A stretch of DNA of 60,634 bases, from NCBI GenBank assembly GCA_045535465.1, contig JAZSLS010000029.1:1-60634 (forward strand). Direction: 5' to 3'. The translations under genes were made by a program, and so were the position numbers. Shown here one piece after another: positions 35,933-45,437 of this stretch. The notes under the pieces were generated by a model that was not told the DNA's origin, made no database searches, and saw only the letters and a list, made by a program, of their open reading frames with translations. The stretch comes from Eubacteriales bacterium (GTDB lineage: Bacteria; Bacillota; Clostridia; Oscillospirales; CAG-382). Each line of letters starts with the position of its first letter. Position 1 is the stretch's first letter.

Positions 35933-35935
35933 CCC

Positions 35936-38293
35936 CTAAGTTTTTAGGGATTTGGCGAGGGCAATATAATCAGCGGAATTAATTACTTTGTCCGGTGTGA
36001 GGTCGGCGGCAATGAATATACATCCCGTAAGCTCCATACCGCCTACAAGATGCGCACGCATAGAGATATAATCGCCGCTGCTGACAACGCCGTCACAGCT
36101 TATGTCGCCCACAATGGCAATATCCACGCTGTCTGTAACCTCGCCGTTGTAGCCAATGCTTTGTACGGTGCAGGCGGTGGTAATAACCTCACCGTCTGCA
36201 AGCGCCTTACCGTTTTTAATAACACGAAGGGTGTTAACGTTGGCAAAGCGGGATAAAAGCTCTGTTGCCGTAGTACCTGCTGCCGCATCTTTAATAACGC
36301 CCTCGTTAATTGTAACGTCGGCGTTTTCTTTTAGGGTAAGCTTGTAGTTTTCCTGCAAGGGCGGGTCTGCCACGTAGGTAGCGGAAAGCATACGTATGGT
36401 AGTTTCGTCCTTGTTGTTGGAAACGGGCTGAACTGCTACGTACATATTGCCGCCGTAGACCTTAACGCCTTGAACCGTAAGAGTAAAGTCGGCTATGCGG
36501 TATACTGCCTTGCGAGTGGCGTTGCCGCCGTTGGTGTACAGATATTTATATATCACAGGCAACTGCATTTTGGACACCGAGCCGCCAACCATATACAAAA
36601 ATTTTGCATCCGTTCCAACGCCGTCTGCCTCAAAGCCTTGAAAAGAGCTGTTAGGCTGGGTGTTAAGGCAGAAGTTGCTTTTAACTAAGGATGCGGCGTT
36701 TTTAAGGGAGTAGCTGCTTCCCGCAGCGCTTATTGCAGCGTTGAGAGAGCTTGTGGTGTAAACTGTGTAATATATATCGCCCGAAACGAATTGGGTGCGC
36801 ACAACAAGCCTGTTATCCGCCTTGCTTGTCATAGCCACAGCAGCACGCTTAACCGCCGTGCTGTCCATAGCCGTGGCGTTGGCGTTGGCGTAGGTAAGGT
36901 CTGTTATGGTTTTTGAAGTAAGGCTTGCTCCCGATGCGGTCACCGTGTATTCCAAGCGCAAAAGGGTGGTAGCGTAGCTGTCACTGCCGTAAACGGGCGC
37001 ACCTCCGGTCCAAAGATAGGTCTTGCCCGCAACGCTTTCGTCCACCTCAAGGCTTTCGCCTATGCCTGCTCCCGCAAGAACGGCATAGTCCAAAACCCTT
37101 GCCACGTTGCCGTTAAGCCCACAGCGTGAAATATACGTGTCACTGCCCGAGCGTTGGGAAACGTAAAGGGTGTTCATATCCTCGCTAAAGGCAAAATTTT
37201 GCACCGCATTGTTGGTGGGAAGCCCCTTAATCGTGTACTTGTGGTTAGCGTGAAGGGTCTCCACAGCGTAATCGTCAAGGGTATATATCTTGGTTTTGTT
37301 CTTCTTGCCGTCGCCGGTTTCATCATCTATAAAAATACAGTAAAAGGAGCCGTTTAGCATATAGGCGCTTTCAATTTCCACCTTGCTTTTTGCAGGAACG
37401 GTCCACACCTCTTTAAGAGTAATGGAGGACGAGGTGTAGCTGTACTTGTGTATGGTAGGCGTTTGCTGGTTGGAGCCGCCTGAGAAATAAAGGGTGCTTG
37501 TACCGTCAAGCCCCATACCCTGCATAGAGCCGTTGGGCAGGTCGCCGTCATAGCTTATCTTTGCAAGCTGGTGAGCTCCCATTGTCCCCATATCAACAGC
37601 TCCGCTTGATGCGGAGAGGGCGGCATTAAGGGCAGAGAACTTGTAACAGCACAAAAACTGCTTGTAGGTAGAGCCGTTTTTAAACTTAAGCCAAAACATT
37701 ATTCTGTCGCTGTTGGGTGAGGCGGAAAACGCCATACGGAAAATACGTGCGCCTGAGTATATGGAGCCGCCACCCTCCGTGGCGTTAATAAAGTCCGTAA
37801 GCCTTTTTACGTCTGCAGTACGTGCGCCTGTGGCTTGGGTGCTGTCGGGAACATATTTAAAACGGTAAAAGGTACGTGCCCAATAGGTGTCTGTATACAA
37901 AGCGTCCGTAGTGTCGGTAATGGTGTTGCCAACCACGTAAACGTAGGGCACACCCTCGTAGTCGTAAACAGCAAGAGCTTCGCCGTGACCGTAGTTTTCA
38001 AGTATCACGTAGTCAAGGCAGGTAGCGGTAAGCCCGTCGTCGGATACCAAACAGCGGGACAAATAGGTGTTTGCCTTAACACGCTGGGTAGCAAAAACGT
38101 AGCGGTCACCCTTAGCATCGTTATAGAAGAAAAACTGCTGCACCGCCTTGTTCGTGCCAAGGTTTTTAAGGGTCATAACCGCATTTGGCGTTTTGGTAAG
38201 GGAAGTGGCTGCGCTTACGCTTTCGGCTGAAAAGCACATACTGCCCAGCAAAAGCACCATAGTCATAAGAAAAGCGCCAAGTTGTTTTTTCAT
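35936..38293 (-). CDS. Secreted protein with two ~330-aa internal repeats and a divergent C-terminal dockerin-like module
   Basis: Start moved to ATG 38293 (MKKQLGAFLMTMVLLLGSMCFSAESVSA). Repeats share ..NAVQ.F.F....Y(V/V)(F/S)..R......Y(L/I)SRC.. and ..FQG(M/F)..DG.. blocks. C-terminus GDISCDGVVSSGDYISMRAHL...ADLTPDKVINSADYIALAKSL is EF-hand dockerin-like. Confidence 0.75.
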   Translation of the reverse strand: MKKQLGAFLMTMVLLLGSMCFSAESVSAATSLTKTPNAVMTLKNLGTNKAVQQFFFYNDAKGDRYVFATQRVKANTYLSRCLVSDDGLTATCLDYVILENYGHGEALAVYDYEGVPYVYVVGNTITDTTDALYTDTYWARTFYRFKYVPDSTQATGARTADVKRLTDFINATEGGGSIYSGARIFRMAFSASPNSDRIMFWLKFKNGSTYKQFLCCYKFSALNAALSASSGAVDMGTMGAHQLAKISYDGDLPNGSMQGMGLDGTSTLYFSGGSNQQTPTIHKYSYTSSSITLKEVWTVPAKSKVEIESAYMLNGSFYCIFIDDETGDGKKNKTKIYTLDDYAVETLHANHKYTIKGLPTNNAVQNFAFSEDMNTLYVSQRSGSDTYISRCGLNGNVARVLDYAVLAGAGIGESLEVDESVAGKTYLWTGGAPVYGSDSYATTLLRLEYTVTASGASLTSKTITDLTYANANATAMDSTAVKRAAVAMTSKADNRLVVRTQFVSGDIYYTVYTTSSLNAAISAAGSSYSLKNAASLVKSNFCLNTQPNSSFQGFEADGVGTDAKFLYMVGGSVSKMQLPVIYKYLYTNGGNATRKAVYRIADFTLTVQGVKVYGGNMYVAVQPVSNNKDETTIRMLSATYVADPPLQENYKLTLKENADVTINEGVIKDAAAGTTATELLSRFANVNTLRVIKNGKALADGEVITTACTVQSIGYNGEVTDSVDIAIVGDISCDGVVSSGDYISMRAHLVGGMELTGCIFIAADLTPDKVINSADYIALAKSLKT

Positions 38294-38416
38294 ATTAAGC
38301 CCCCCGTTTATTAATATATGTATAATTATAACATACATATACCGCCGTTTCAAGAAGTTTTTGGTTGACAAAACGGGTTTAATGTGTTAAAATTTAAAAA
38401 GGGGAGGTGACTCCGT

Positions 38417-39178
38417 ATGAAAGGATTGCGGTGCGGCGGCACGTGGGTACAAAAGACGTTTTTTGCTTTGGGCGTTATAACCTTTGTATACAGCCTTGTT
38501 ATGTCATTTTTCGTTAACTTAAATGCGGGTTTGCTTCTTCTTTTTATGGTGGGAGCTTATCTGATTTCCGTTGGCGTTTTTTATAAAAGAATAAAAAGCA
38601 GCACTTTAAACCGTGTGGGCTTTTTGGGTTCTGTTGGCGTGCTTTGCCTTGGCGTGGTTTTGGCAACGGCAATCGGCATATACGGTAACAGCGACACCCC
38701 AACGTACAAAGAGGATGCGGTAATTGTTCTCGGCTGCGGCATACGTGGGGAAGAGGTTTCCCTCCAGCTTCAGTCAAGGCTTGATGCCGCTTTTGAGTAT
38801 CATAAAGCTAACCCAAAGGCGATAATAGTGGTTTCGGGTGGGCAGGGGCCCGGTGAGGATATAACCGAGGCGCTTGCTATGGAAAGGTATCTTACAGATA
38901 AAGGCGTACCTAAAAGCCTAATTTTAAAAGAGGAAAAGTCTACGTCCACAAAAACAAATCTTACGTACTCTAAGGAGATACTGGATAAAAAGCTGGGAGA
39001 CGGATACAAAACGGTGCTTATTACCAATGATTACCACGTATACCGTGCTACTCGTCTTGCAAAAAAGCTGGGTGTTGACTGCACTCACGTCCACAGCAGC
39101 ACAGCGTGGAGCGAAGCGCCCATAAGATACTCCCGCGAGCTGCTTGCCGTAGCAAAAACCTTTTTGATGGATTTGTAA
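38417..39178 (+). CDS. DUF218/YdcF-SanA-like membrane-anchored protein
   Basis: N-terminal TM helices, then AVIVLGCGIRGEEVS, IIVVSGGQGPGEDITEA and VLITNDYHVYRA, which are typical of DUF218. Confidence 0.7.
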   Translation: MKGLRCGGTWVQKTFFALGVITFVYSLVMSFFVNLNAGLLLLFMVGAYLISVGVFYKRIKSSTLNRVGFLGSVGVLCLGVVLATAIGIYGNSDTPTYKEDAVIVLGCGIRGEEVSLQLQSRLDAAFEYHKANPKAIIVVSGGQGPGEDITEALAMERYLTDKGVPKSLILKEEKSTSTKTNLTYSKEILDKKLGDGYKTVLITNDYHVYRATRLAKKLGVDCTHVHSSTAWSEAPIRYSRELLAVAKTFLMDL

Positions 39179-39200
39179 AAAATAAAGGAGATAGAGTATT

Positions 39201-40313
39201 ATGAAAATTAAAGTCGGTATATTATTCCTTGCGGTTTTGCTTGCTCTTTGCTCTTGCACGGGCGGAGCTGATGACTATGCCTCTACGGAAACAAGCGTGG
39301 AAATAAGCACCGAGGAAAAGGTAGAGGCTTTCGGCGGTGACAATAGTTTTGATTATCATTACGCTATGGCGGCAGACAGCCTATTCTATATAAAGTCTTC
39401 TCCGGTGGGCGACAAGAACGATGGAATAGTGCGTTTTTCCAAAACAAATTTCAAGGACAAAACCCTTATTGCAAAAAAGTCCGCCTTTGGTGTAAAGGCG
39501 GAGGAAAAATTTTCGGCAACGGTAGTTGGTGTCAGCTCCCTGAGACTGTTTGTGGCTGTATCCGATAAGGTCTACAGTCTTACCCACGACGGTAACGACG
39601 TTAAGCTTTTGGCAGAGGGTGCGGTTTCCGTTTATTCAAACGGCGGCAGAATATATTTTACCCGTAAAGATGAAAGCGGCGGGCTAAAGCTTAACTGTTT
39701 TGATACTGCCACCGAGGAAACAACCGTGGTTGATACGGGTGATTACGTACCCGAGGGCTATTATTGGTGCCGCCTGAAAGGTGGTAAAATAGGGCTTTTA
39801 AACTATCCCAATGGGGTTGTTGTTGATGCGAAGGGTGAAGTACAGGTAAGAGAAATATCCGAGGAGGAAAAACAAACCGATGACCTTGGAAGAGATGAGA
39901 CTATACTTGAAAAAGTAAAAGGCTTTGTAACCGAAGGATGTGAGCTTGAAAGCTATGCCCTATGCAGCGGCTATGTCTACTACATAGAACGTGGCTCCGA
40001 GGGGAATACCCTTTACCGCATAGATGAAAATGGGGAAGGCAAAACCACGCTTAAAGAGAATACGCTCCTTTACAAGTTGTTTTCCTATAACGGCGTCCTT
40101 TACGGTGACGTAAACATTGCCGATGCCGACCACCTAATGAAGGTCGACGAAAAAGGCGACACTACGGAAACAGGCGCAGTTACCGAGGGTGCAGGGCAAA
40201 CAGGCTACGTGAAAATAGAAGGAGGCCTGTTTATAAGAACCTACAAATACATAAACCCGCCCAGACTTGTGTACGTATATAACCCTGAAACAGGCGAAGT
40301 GATAAACCGGTAA
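39201..40313 (+). CDS. Lipoprotein, beta-propeller-like, unknown function
   Basis: MKIKVGILFLAVLLALCSCTGG lipobox. Repeated ..Y(F/Y).. beta-strand pattern. Confidence 0.6.
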   Translation: MKIKVGILFLAVLLALCSCTGGADDYASTETSVEISTEEKVEAFGGDNSFDYHYAMAADSLFYIKSSPVGDKNDGIVRFSKTNFKDKTLIAKKSAFGVKAEEKFSATVVGVSSLRLFVAVSDKVYSLTHDGNDVKLLAEGAVSVYSNGGRIYFTRKDESGGLKLNCFDTATEETTVVDTGDYVPEGYYWCRLKGGKIGLLNYPNGVVVDAKGEVQVREISEEEKQTDDLGRDETILEKVKGFVTEGCELESYALCSGYVYYIERGSEGNTLYRIDENGEGKTTLKENTLLYKLFSYNGVLYGDVNIADADHLMKVDEKGDTTETGAVTEGAGQTGYVKIEGGLFIRTYKYINPPRLVYVYNPETGEVINR

Positions 40314-40432
40314 AATGATGTTACTGTTTTTCTATAACGCCCGGTATTTTTTAAAGTTTTTAGGTAAAATTTTTAGGTTTTTTGCCTTTTCGGTTGTATT
40401 AAAGAATGGAACCTTAAGAGAGGAGTGTTTTT

Positions 40433-42337
40433 ATGAAAAAAATATTTTCTGTTTTTCTTGCCCTTGCCCTTTGTTTTGCATTAACTCCCTTTAGTGTGGG
40501 AGCAGGAGTTAAAAGCATAGATGACGGAATTACCGATAGCGGTGATTGCGGAGATGCTGTGTATTGGTGTTTTTATGCCGAATCGGGCATACTCAGCATA
40601 GACGGTTTGGGTGAAATGTATGATTATCCCGATGGTACCCCTTGGGAAAGCTACAATGCCGAAATTAAGGCTGTGCATATCTTTGATGCCATTACTTATA
40701 TCGGTGAAAACGCTTTTAAGGACTGTACTGCTCTTAAAAGTATTGTTCTTCCCAACAGCGTTACTTCCGTTGGCGATGGTGCGTTTCGGGGTTGCAGTAA
40801 TCTTCAAGATATTACCGTTCCTGCCGGTCTGACAGCCATTGGCAAATCTGCGTTTTGGGGTTGCGCATACCTGAGAGTCGTGTATTTAAGCGATATTGGC
40901 GCTTGGTGCGGTATTGAATTTGAGGATGATTATTCAAACCCTTTCACCCAAGATTGCAGTATGTACCTTGACGGTACTTTGGTAAATAAAGTGGTTATCC
41001 CCGACGGTGTTACCGCTATTAAGGACAGAGCGTTTTACGGTTGCGCTTCTATCGAAAGCTTTGATATTCCGGACAGCGTTACATCTATCGGCTCACGTGC
41101 TTTTTACGGATGTACCACCCTTGAAAGTATGATTATACCTGACAGCGTTACAAGCATTGGCTCCTATGCGTTCAACGGATGCTCGGACCTTGAAAATATC
41201 AGCATTTCCGATAACATTCTTTCCATTGGCAAGTATGCGTTTAAAGGAACCGCTTATTATGAAAATGTGAACAACTGGGAAAACGATATACTGTATATTG
41301 ACAACTGCTTAATCGAAGTGAAGGAAACGTTTGAAGGCGATTATACAGTAAAGCACGACACCAAATGTATAGCAAGTTACAGCTTCCTTAACTGTTCTTC
41401 CCTTACAAGCCTTACTATAGGCGACGGTATTGCTTACCGTATGGATATGTACGAATTTCACGATAACACTTCCCTTAAAAGCCTTGTTCTCGGAAACGGT
41501 GTAAATCACATAGATAGCCGTGTGTTTTTGTATTGCCCTTCCATTGAAACTCTTGTAATAGGCGGCGGCGTTACTTTTGTGAGACCGTCTGCTTTTGAGG
41601 CTTGCACTTCTCTCAAACGTGTTTTTATAAAGGGTGTAATTGAAAGATGGCTCCACGACGTGTTTTATGACACCACTTCCTGTAACAGCGTTTACATAGA
41701 TTCTCCTACGGTTGCCGACAGCTTGGTTTTGGGAAAAGATGACGGCATACTTAGGCACGTTAAAGCCGTAATGCTTGAGAGCTCCATTACAAACGTTACC
41801 GACCAAGTAAAGAAAAATTACACGTATACGGAAACCTTTAATTGCGGAGGAAAAACCTATAACTCCTATAGTGACCATGCTCACGTTTGGGAGGAATACA
41901 GTTCAGCTGCCAACGGATGCGCAAAGAACGGCTTTACAGGTCACGAGTGTTCCGTTTGCGGTACGATTAAGGGAGATGTTGTTTCGGGGCATACCTATTC
42001 CGACGGGTGGAGCGAAGACGGCACTAACCATTGGCTTGTTTGCTCTCTTTGCAGCTATACGTCCGATAAGACAGAGCACGGTTACGACAACGGCTTTGAT
42101 GCCGAGTGCAACACCTGTGGTATCGAAAGGGAGCTTAATATTCAGCAGGGCGACATAAACAATGACGGATATGTTGATAACATGGATGCCGCAGCGATAC
42201 TCAAGTATGACTCAGGCATTACGGATATCCCTGAAAACGCCCGCTCCTTTGCAGATGTTAACGGCGATAGCTTTGCCGATAACCTTGACACAGTACGAAT
42301 CCTCAAATACGACGCAGGGCTTATCGACAGCCTGTAA
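40433..42337 (+). CDS. Secreted BspA-like LRR protein with a Cys/His-rich insert and tandem dockerin repeats
   Basis: Signal peptide MKKIFSVFLALALCFALTPFSVGA. LRR_5-type repeats. GHECSVCGTIKGDVVSGHTYS..HWLVCSLCSYTSDKTEHGYD..AECNTCG. C-terminal GDINNDGYVDNMDAAAILKYDSG / ADVNGDSFADNLDTVRILKYDAG. Confidence 0.85.
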   Translation: MKKIFSVFLALALCFALTPFSVGAGVKSIDDGITDSGDCGDAVYWCFYAESGILSIDGLGEMYDYPDGTPWESYNAEIKAVHIFDAITYIGENAFKDCTALKSIVLPNSVTSVGDGAFRGCSNLQDITVPAGLTAIGKSAFWGCAYLRVVYLSDIGAWCGIEFEDDYSNPFTQDCSMYLDGTLVNKVVIPDGVTAIKDRAFYGCASIESFDIPDSVTSIGSRAFYGCTTLESMIIPDSVTSIGSYAFNGCSDLENISISDNILSIGKYAFKGTAYYENVNNWENDILYIDNCLIEVKETFEGDYTVKHDTKCIASYSFLNCSSLTSLTIGDGIAYRMDMYEFHDNTSLKSLVLGNGVNHIDSRVFLYCPSIETLVIGGGVTFVRPSAFEACTSLKRVFIKGVIERWLHDVFYDTTSCNSVYIDSPTVADSLVLGKDDGILRHVKAVMLESSITNVTDQVKKNYTYTETFNCGGKTYNSYSDHAHVWEEYSSAANGCAKNGFTGHECSVCGTIKGDVVSGHTYSDGWSEDGTNHWLVCSLCSYTSDKTEHGYDNGFDAECNTCGIERELNIQQGDINNDGYVDNMDAAAILKYDSGITDIPENARSFADVNGDSFADNLDTVRILKYDAGLIDSL

Positions 42338-42349
42338 TACATTAGCAAA

Positions 42350-42385
42350 AACCCCCATCCGATTATTTACGATCGGACGGGGGTT
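42350..42385. terminator. Bidirectional terminator hairpin between convergent genes
   Basis: aacccccatccgat-tatttacg-atcggacgggggtt (one mismatch). Confidence 0.6.
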
Positions 42386-42390
42386 GACTT

Positions 42391-43944
42391 TTACATAGGC
42401 AATTTACCCGTAGGTGTAATATCGCCCTTCAGTTGTTTAATGGCGGTACGGATGCCGTTTGGGGTATACTCGTACAAGCAGGAGTAGTTTTTAAGACCGT
42501 CAAAATGAAAACGGTCGGAAGGGCCCTTTACGGAAACCACGTACACGGTATCAACAGCCTTAAGCAGAGCGTTTATCGTGTTTTTCTGTGTCTCGTCACG
42601 GTAGGCGTCGTAGGAGTAGATAACAACGGCATCGGCGCTCTTTGCAGCATCAAGGGCTGCATCAACAAAGCTTTCGTCCTTGGTAAAGGTAAGCACTTTG
42701 TTGTCGGGGAAAGCCTTCTTAAGCTCCGCAGGCAGGCTTCTTTCGTCAAACTCATCCTCGGCAATGCTTGCCACCCTCACCTTGGCGGCTACTATCAGCG
42801 TATCGGGGGTAAGCTTGGGTGCATTGCCCGAAACAAGGGTAAAGGACCCGTCTACAATGCTTTGCATAAGGGCGTGGTCTTCTTCTTTTACCTTGTAGTC
42901 GCTATCCGTAAAGCTTTCCTTAAGCCCGCCGACAAGCTTAGCCTTGGCACGGTTTATGCGCCTTACCTTTTCACGCAGAAGCTCCACGGGCAGCTCTCCG
43001 CTTTCTACCGCCTTTTTCACTTCATCAAAGGCGTCCTTTTGCTCGTCATACTCGTGGCAAAGAAGCAGTATGTCACAGCCTGCAATAAGCGCCAGCACAG
43101 AACCGCGCCCTATGCCGTAATGGTCGGCAATAGCCTTCATTTCCATACCGTCGGAGATAATAAGCCCGTCAAAGCCCATCTTGCCCCTAAGCACCTCTGT
43201 AAGCAGCACGGGAGAAAGGGTGGAGGGCAGAGTATCAAAGGCCTTGAACAGACAATGGCTGGTCATAAGGGCGTCACTTTCTATAAGACGTCCAAAGGGG
43301 TACATATTATAGCCGAGGAGGGTATCCTTATCATCTTCTATAACAGGAAGCTCCAGGTGCGAGTCCTTGGTACTGGAGCCTGCGCCGGGAAAGTGCTTTA
43401 TACAGCTAAGTACACCGCCGTCCTGCAAACCGCGTACAAAACCGCCTGCACCCTCAAGAACTATCTCCTTGGTTGCGCCGTACCCTCTTACGTTTACCAA
43501 GGGGTTTGCAAGGTCTTCGTTTATTTCAAGGCAGGGCGCAAGGTCCACGTTTATGCCCAGTGCAAGCATATCCTTTGCCACGATATAGCCCGTTTTGTAG
43601 GGTGCGTCCTTTACGGAGCTGGCAGAGGTGCCCAAGGGGCTTGCGGGGAAGGTAACGTCCTTAAAAAGTCTTACCACCATACCGCCCTCTTGGTCAATGG
43701 AAACCAAGGGGAAAGAGCCCGTAACCTCTTCCGTATAGCGGTAAAGCTCCTTCATAAAGCTTTTCATCTGCGCTGTGCCTACGTAGTTACGGGAAAACAG
43801 AATATAGTTGCCTATACTGTAGTCCTTAATAAACCTTGCGTAATGCTCGTCAAGCTTTGCCGAGGGCAAGCCTACCATTATAACCTGACCTATAAGCTCG
43901 TCAACGCTCATATCCTCCACGGGCTTTATGCTGTAATTTATCAT
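42391..43944 (-). CDS. nagZ: Glycoside hydrolase family 3 beta-N-acetylhexosaminidase (NagZ-like)
   Basis: KHFPGAGSSTKDSHLELPVI and GLIISDGMEM motifs. Start moved to ATG 43944 (MINYSIKPVEDMSVDELIGQVIMVGL, AGGAGG RBS) rather than the track start at 44061. Confidence 0.85.
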   Translation of the reverse strand: MINYSIKPVEDMSVDELIGQVIMVGLPSAKLDEHYARFIKDYSIGNYILFSRNYVGTAQMKSFMKELYRYTEEVTGSFPLVSIDQEGGMVVRLFKDVTFPASPLGTSASSVKDAPYKTGYIVAKDMLALGINVDLAPCLEINEDLANPLVNVRGYGATKEIVLEGAGGFVRGLQDGGVLSCIKHFPGAGSSTKDSHLELPVIEDDKDTLLGYNMYPFGRLIESDALMTSHCLFKAFDTLPSTLSPVLLTEVLRGKMGFDGLIISDGMEMKAIADHYGIGRGSVLALIAGCDILLLCHEYDEQKDAFDEVKKAVESGELPVELLREKVRRINRAKAKLVGGLKESFTDSDYKVKEEDHALMQSIVDGSFTLVSGNAPKLTPDTLIVAAKVRVASIAEDEFDERSLPAELKKAFPDNKVLTFTKDESFVDAALDAAKSADAVVIYSYDAYRDETQKNTINALLKAVDTVYVVSVKGPSDRFHFDGLKNYSCLYEYTPNGIRTAIKQLKGDITPTGKLPM

Positions 43945-44086
43945 AATAACGACCTCCTTGAAGTTTATGGTTACATTATAGCTTAAAAGCCTGCGTAGGT
44001 CAATATAGATATTTTGTTTCAAACCGCTTGCTAAGCAGGTGGTTTTTTGGTATAATCCCATTATAAATAACGAGGAATTAAATATT

Positions 44087-44761
44087 ATGAAAATAAAACG
44101 GTGGTTGCCTGCGACGGTGTTTGTCTGCGCCGAAGCAGTGCTTTACTATATAATAATGACCGCAGGGGGCACCTTGCTTTGGGTAAGCCAATTTGCGGCA
44201 ATATGCCTATGCTTTATCTTTTCGCTTTTTGGGCTTAGGGATAAAAGCTATGCTATACCCATAGCTCTTGCTTTTACTGTGGGAGCCGATTATTTTTTGG
44301 TAGCCCATCATCCGCAGCTAAGGCTTTGGGGTATGCTTTTCTTTTTAGGCACACAAGGCGCATACGCCTTTTTGTTGCATAAGCAAAAAAGCAAAAAGGC
44401 GTTTCTTTGGTTAAGGCTTGGACTAAGTGCAATATCAACCGTCCTTTGCTTTGCGGTTTTGGGCAAGAGAACGGATGCCTTATCCGTAATATCCCTTTGC
44501 TACTACGCAAACCTTATAACCAATATAATTATGGCGTTTGCGGGCTTTAGCAAAAACCGTCTTTTTGCCGTAGGGCTTGCGCTGTTTTTGCTTTGTGATA
44601 CTATTGTTGGGCTGCAGGTAGCGTGCGAAGGGTATCTGCCCATTAAAGAAGGCTCCTTTTTGCACAGCGTTGTATTTTCGCCCTTTAATTCGGCGTGGAT
44701 GTTTTATTTGCCGTCTCAGGTGATTATTGCACTTTGCGCTATACGAAAAACAAAAAAATAA
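44087..44761 (+). CDS. Polytopic membrane protein (possibly YhhN family)
   Basis: About 7 hydrophobic helices. ATG at 44087 (MKIKRWLPATVFV). The family assignment is tentative. Confidence 0.45.
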   Translation: MKIKRWLPATVFVCAEAVLYYIIMTAGGTLLWVSQFAAICLCFIFSLFGLRDKSYAIPIALAFTVGADYFLVAHHPQLRLWGMLFFLGTQGAYAFLLHKQKSKKAFLWLRLGLSAISTVLCFAVLGKRTDALSVISLCYYANLITNIIMAFAGFSKNRLFAVGLALFLLCDTIVGLQVACEGYLPIKEGSFLHSVVFSPFNSAWMFYLPSQVIIALCAIRKTKK

Positions 44762-44770
44762 GCACTTGTC

Positions 44771-44809
44771 AAACTGCACACAAAAGTTTTTCTTTTGTGT
44801 GCAGTTTTT
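44771..44809 (+). terminator. Rho-independent terminator
   Basis: Perfect 16-bp stem aaactgcacacaaaag / cttttgtgtgcagttt, 5-nt loop, T-run. Confidence 0.8.
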
Positions 44810-44913
44810 ACATTGACTTTTAATGAAATAATATATAAAATGATAAATTAGAGTAGGTGTGCTCTAATGGAATACTGTGTCTAACTGCAACTATTTTTAA
44901 ACAAGGTGTATTT

Positions 44914-45435
44914 ATGACTGATAAGGATTTAAAAAAACTAAGCCGAGCAGAGCTTTTGGAGATGCTTATAGCAGCAACGGAAGAAAACGAAGGGCTTAAG
45001 GATACAATTCGTTCCCTTCAGGCTCGTCTTGATGACAGAAGAATAATGATAGATGAGTCCGGCTCTATTGCCGAGGCAAGCCTGAAGCTAAACGGCATTT
45101 TTGAGGCGGCGCAAAGAGCGGCGGATGACTATATAGAAAACGTACGCCGCGGCAGCCGTAAGCAGGCGGAGCTTTTGGAAAAAGCGGAGGAGCTTGCCAG
45201 GGAAAAGGTTACGGAGATGATAAGCGAAGCAGACGAGCGTTGCCGCAAAATGGAAATGGAAACGGAAAGAAAGTGCGACGCTTTAACCAGAAAAGCAAGG
45301 CGTGAGTCCGATGCGTACTGGGCGCAGGTTTCCGCTAAGCTGGATGCGTATCTTAAACAGCACAGTGACCTTCGCAACCTGCTTACCCGTGATTTTCCCG
45401 CTGTCGGAAGCAGTGCGTTTAACTTGGAAGAATAG
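44914..45435 (+). CDS. Coiled-coil protein, unknown function
   Basis: ATG at 44914 with an aaggtg RBS (MTDKDLKKLSRAELLEML...). Heptad-rich E/R/A composition. Confidence 0.5.
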   Translation: MTDKDLKKLSRAELLEMLIAATEENEGLKDTIRSLQARLDDRRIMIDESGSIAEASLKLNGIFEAAQRAADDYIENVRRGSRKQAELLEKAEELAREKVTEMISEADERCRKMEMETERKCDALTRKARRESDAYWAQVSAKLDAYLKQHSDLRNLLTRDFPAVGSSAFNLEE

Positions 45436-45437
45436 CT

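Noticed and set aside
12150-42337. Regularly recurring ~70-nt dockerin-coding repeats and the 24-nt DATAD repeats (60452-60634), considered as possible CRISPR-like arrays
   Set aside because: The repeats are in-frame coding sequence and are dispersed at gene 3' ends or perfectly tandem without unique spacers. No cas genes are present.
42433-43986. 517-aa plus-strand ORF
   Set aside because: It is antisense to the GH3 NagZ-like gene, whose KHFPGAGSSTKDSH motif identifies the true coding strand.
38294-44061. N-terminal extensions given by the ORF track for 35936..38371, 42391..44061 and 44039..44761 (and likewise 19932..21134, 10422, 56078)
   Set aside because: Internal ATGs with strong RBSs give proper signal peptides or family-typical N-termini. 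The upstream extensions lack RBSs and overlap promoters or terminators.
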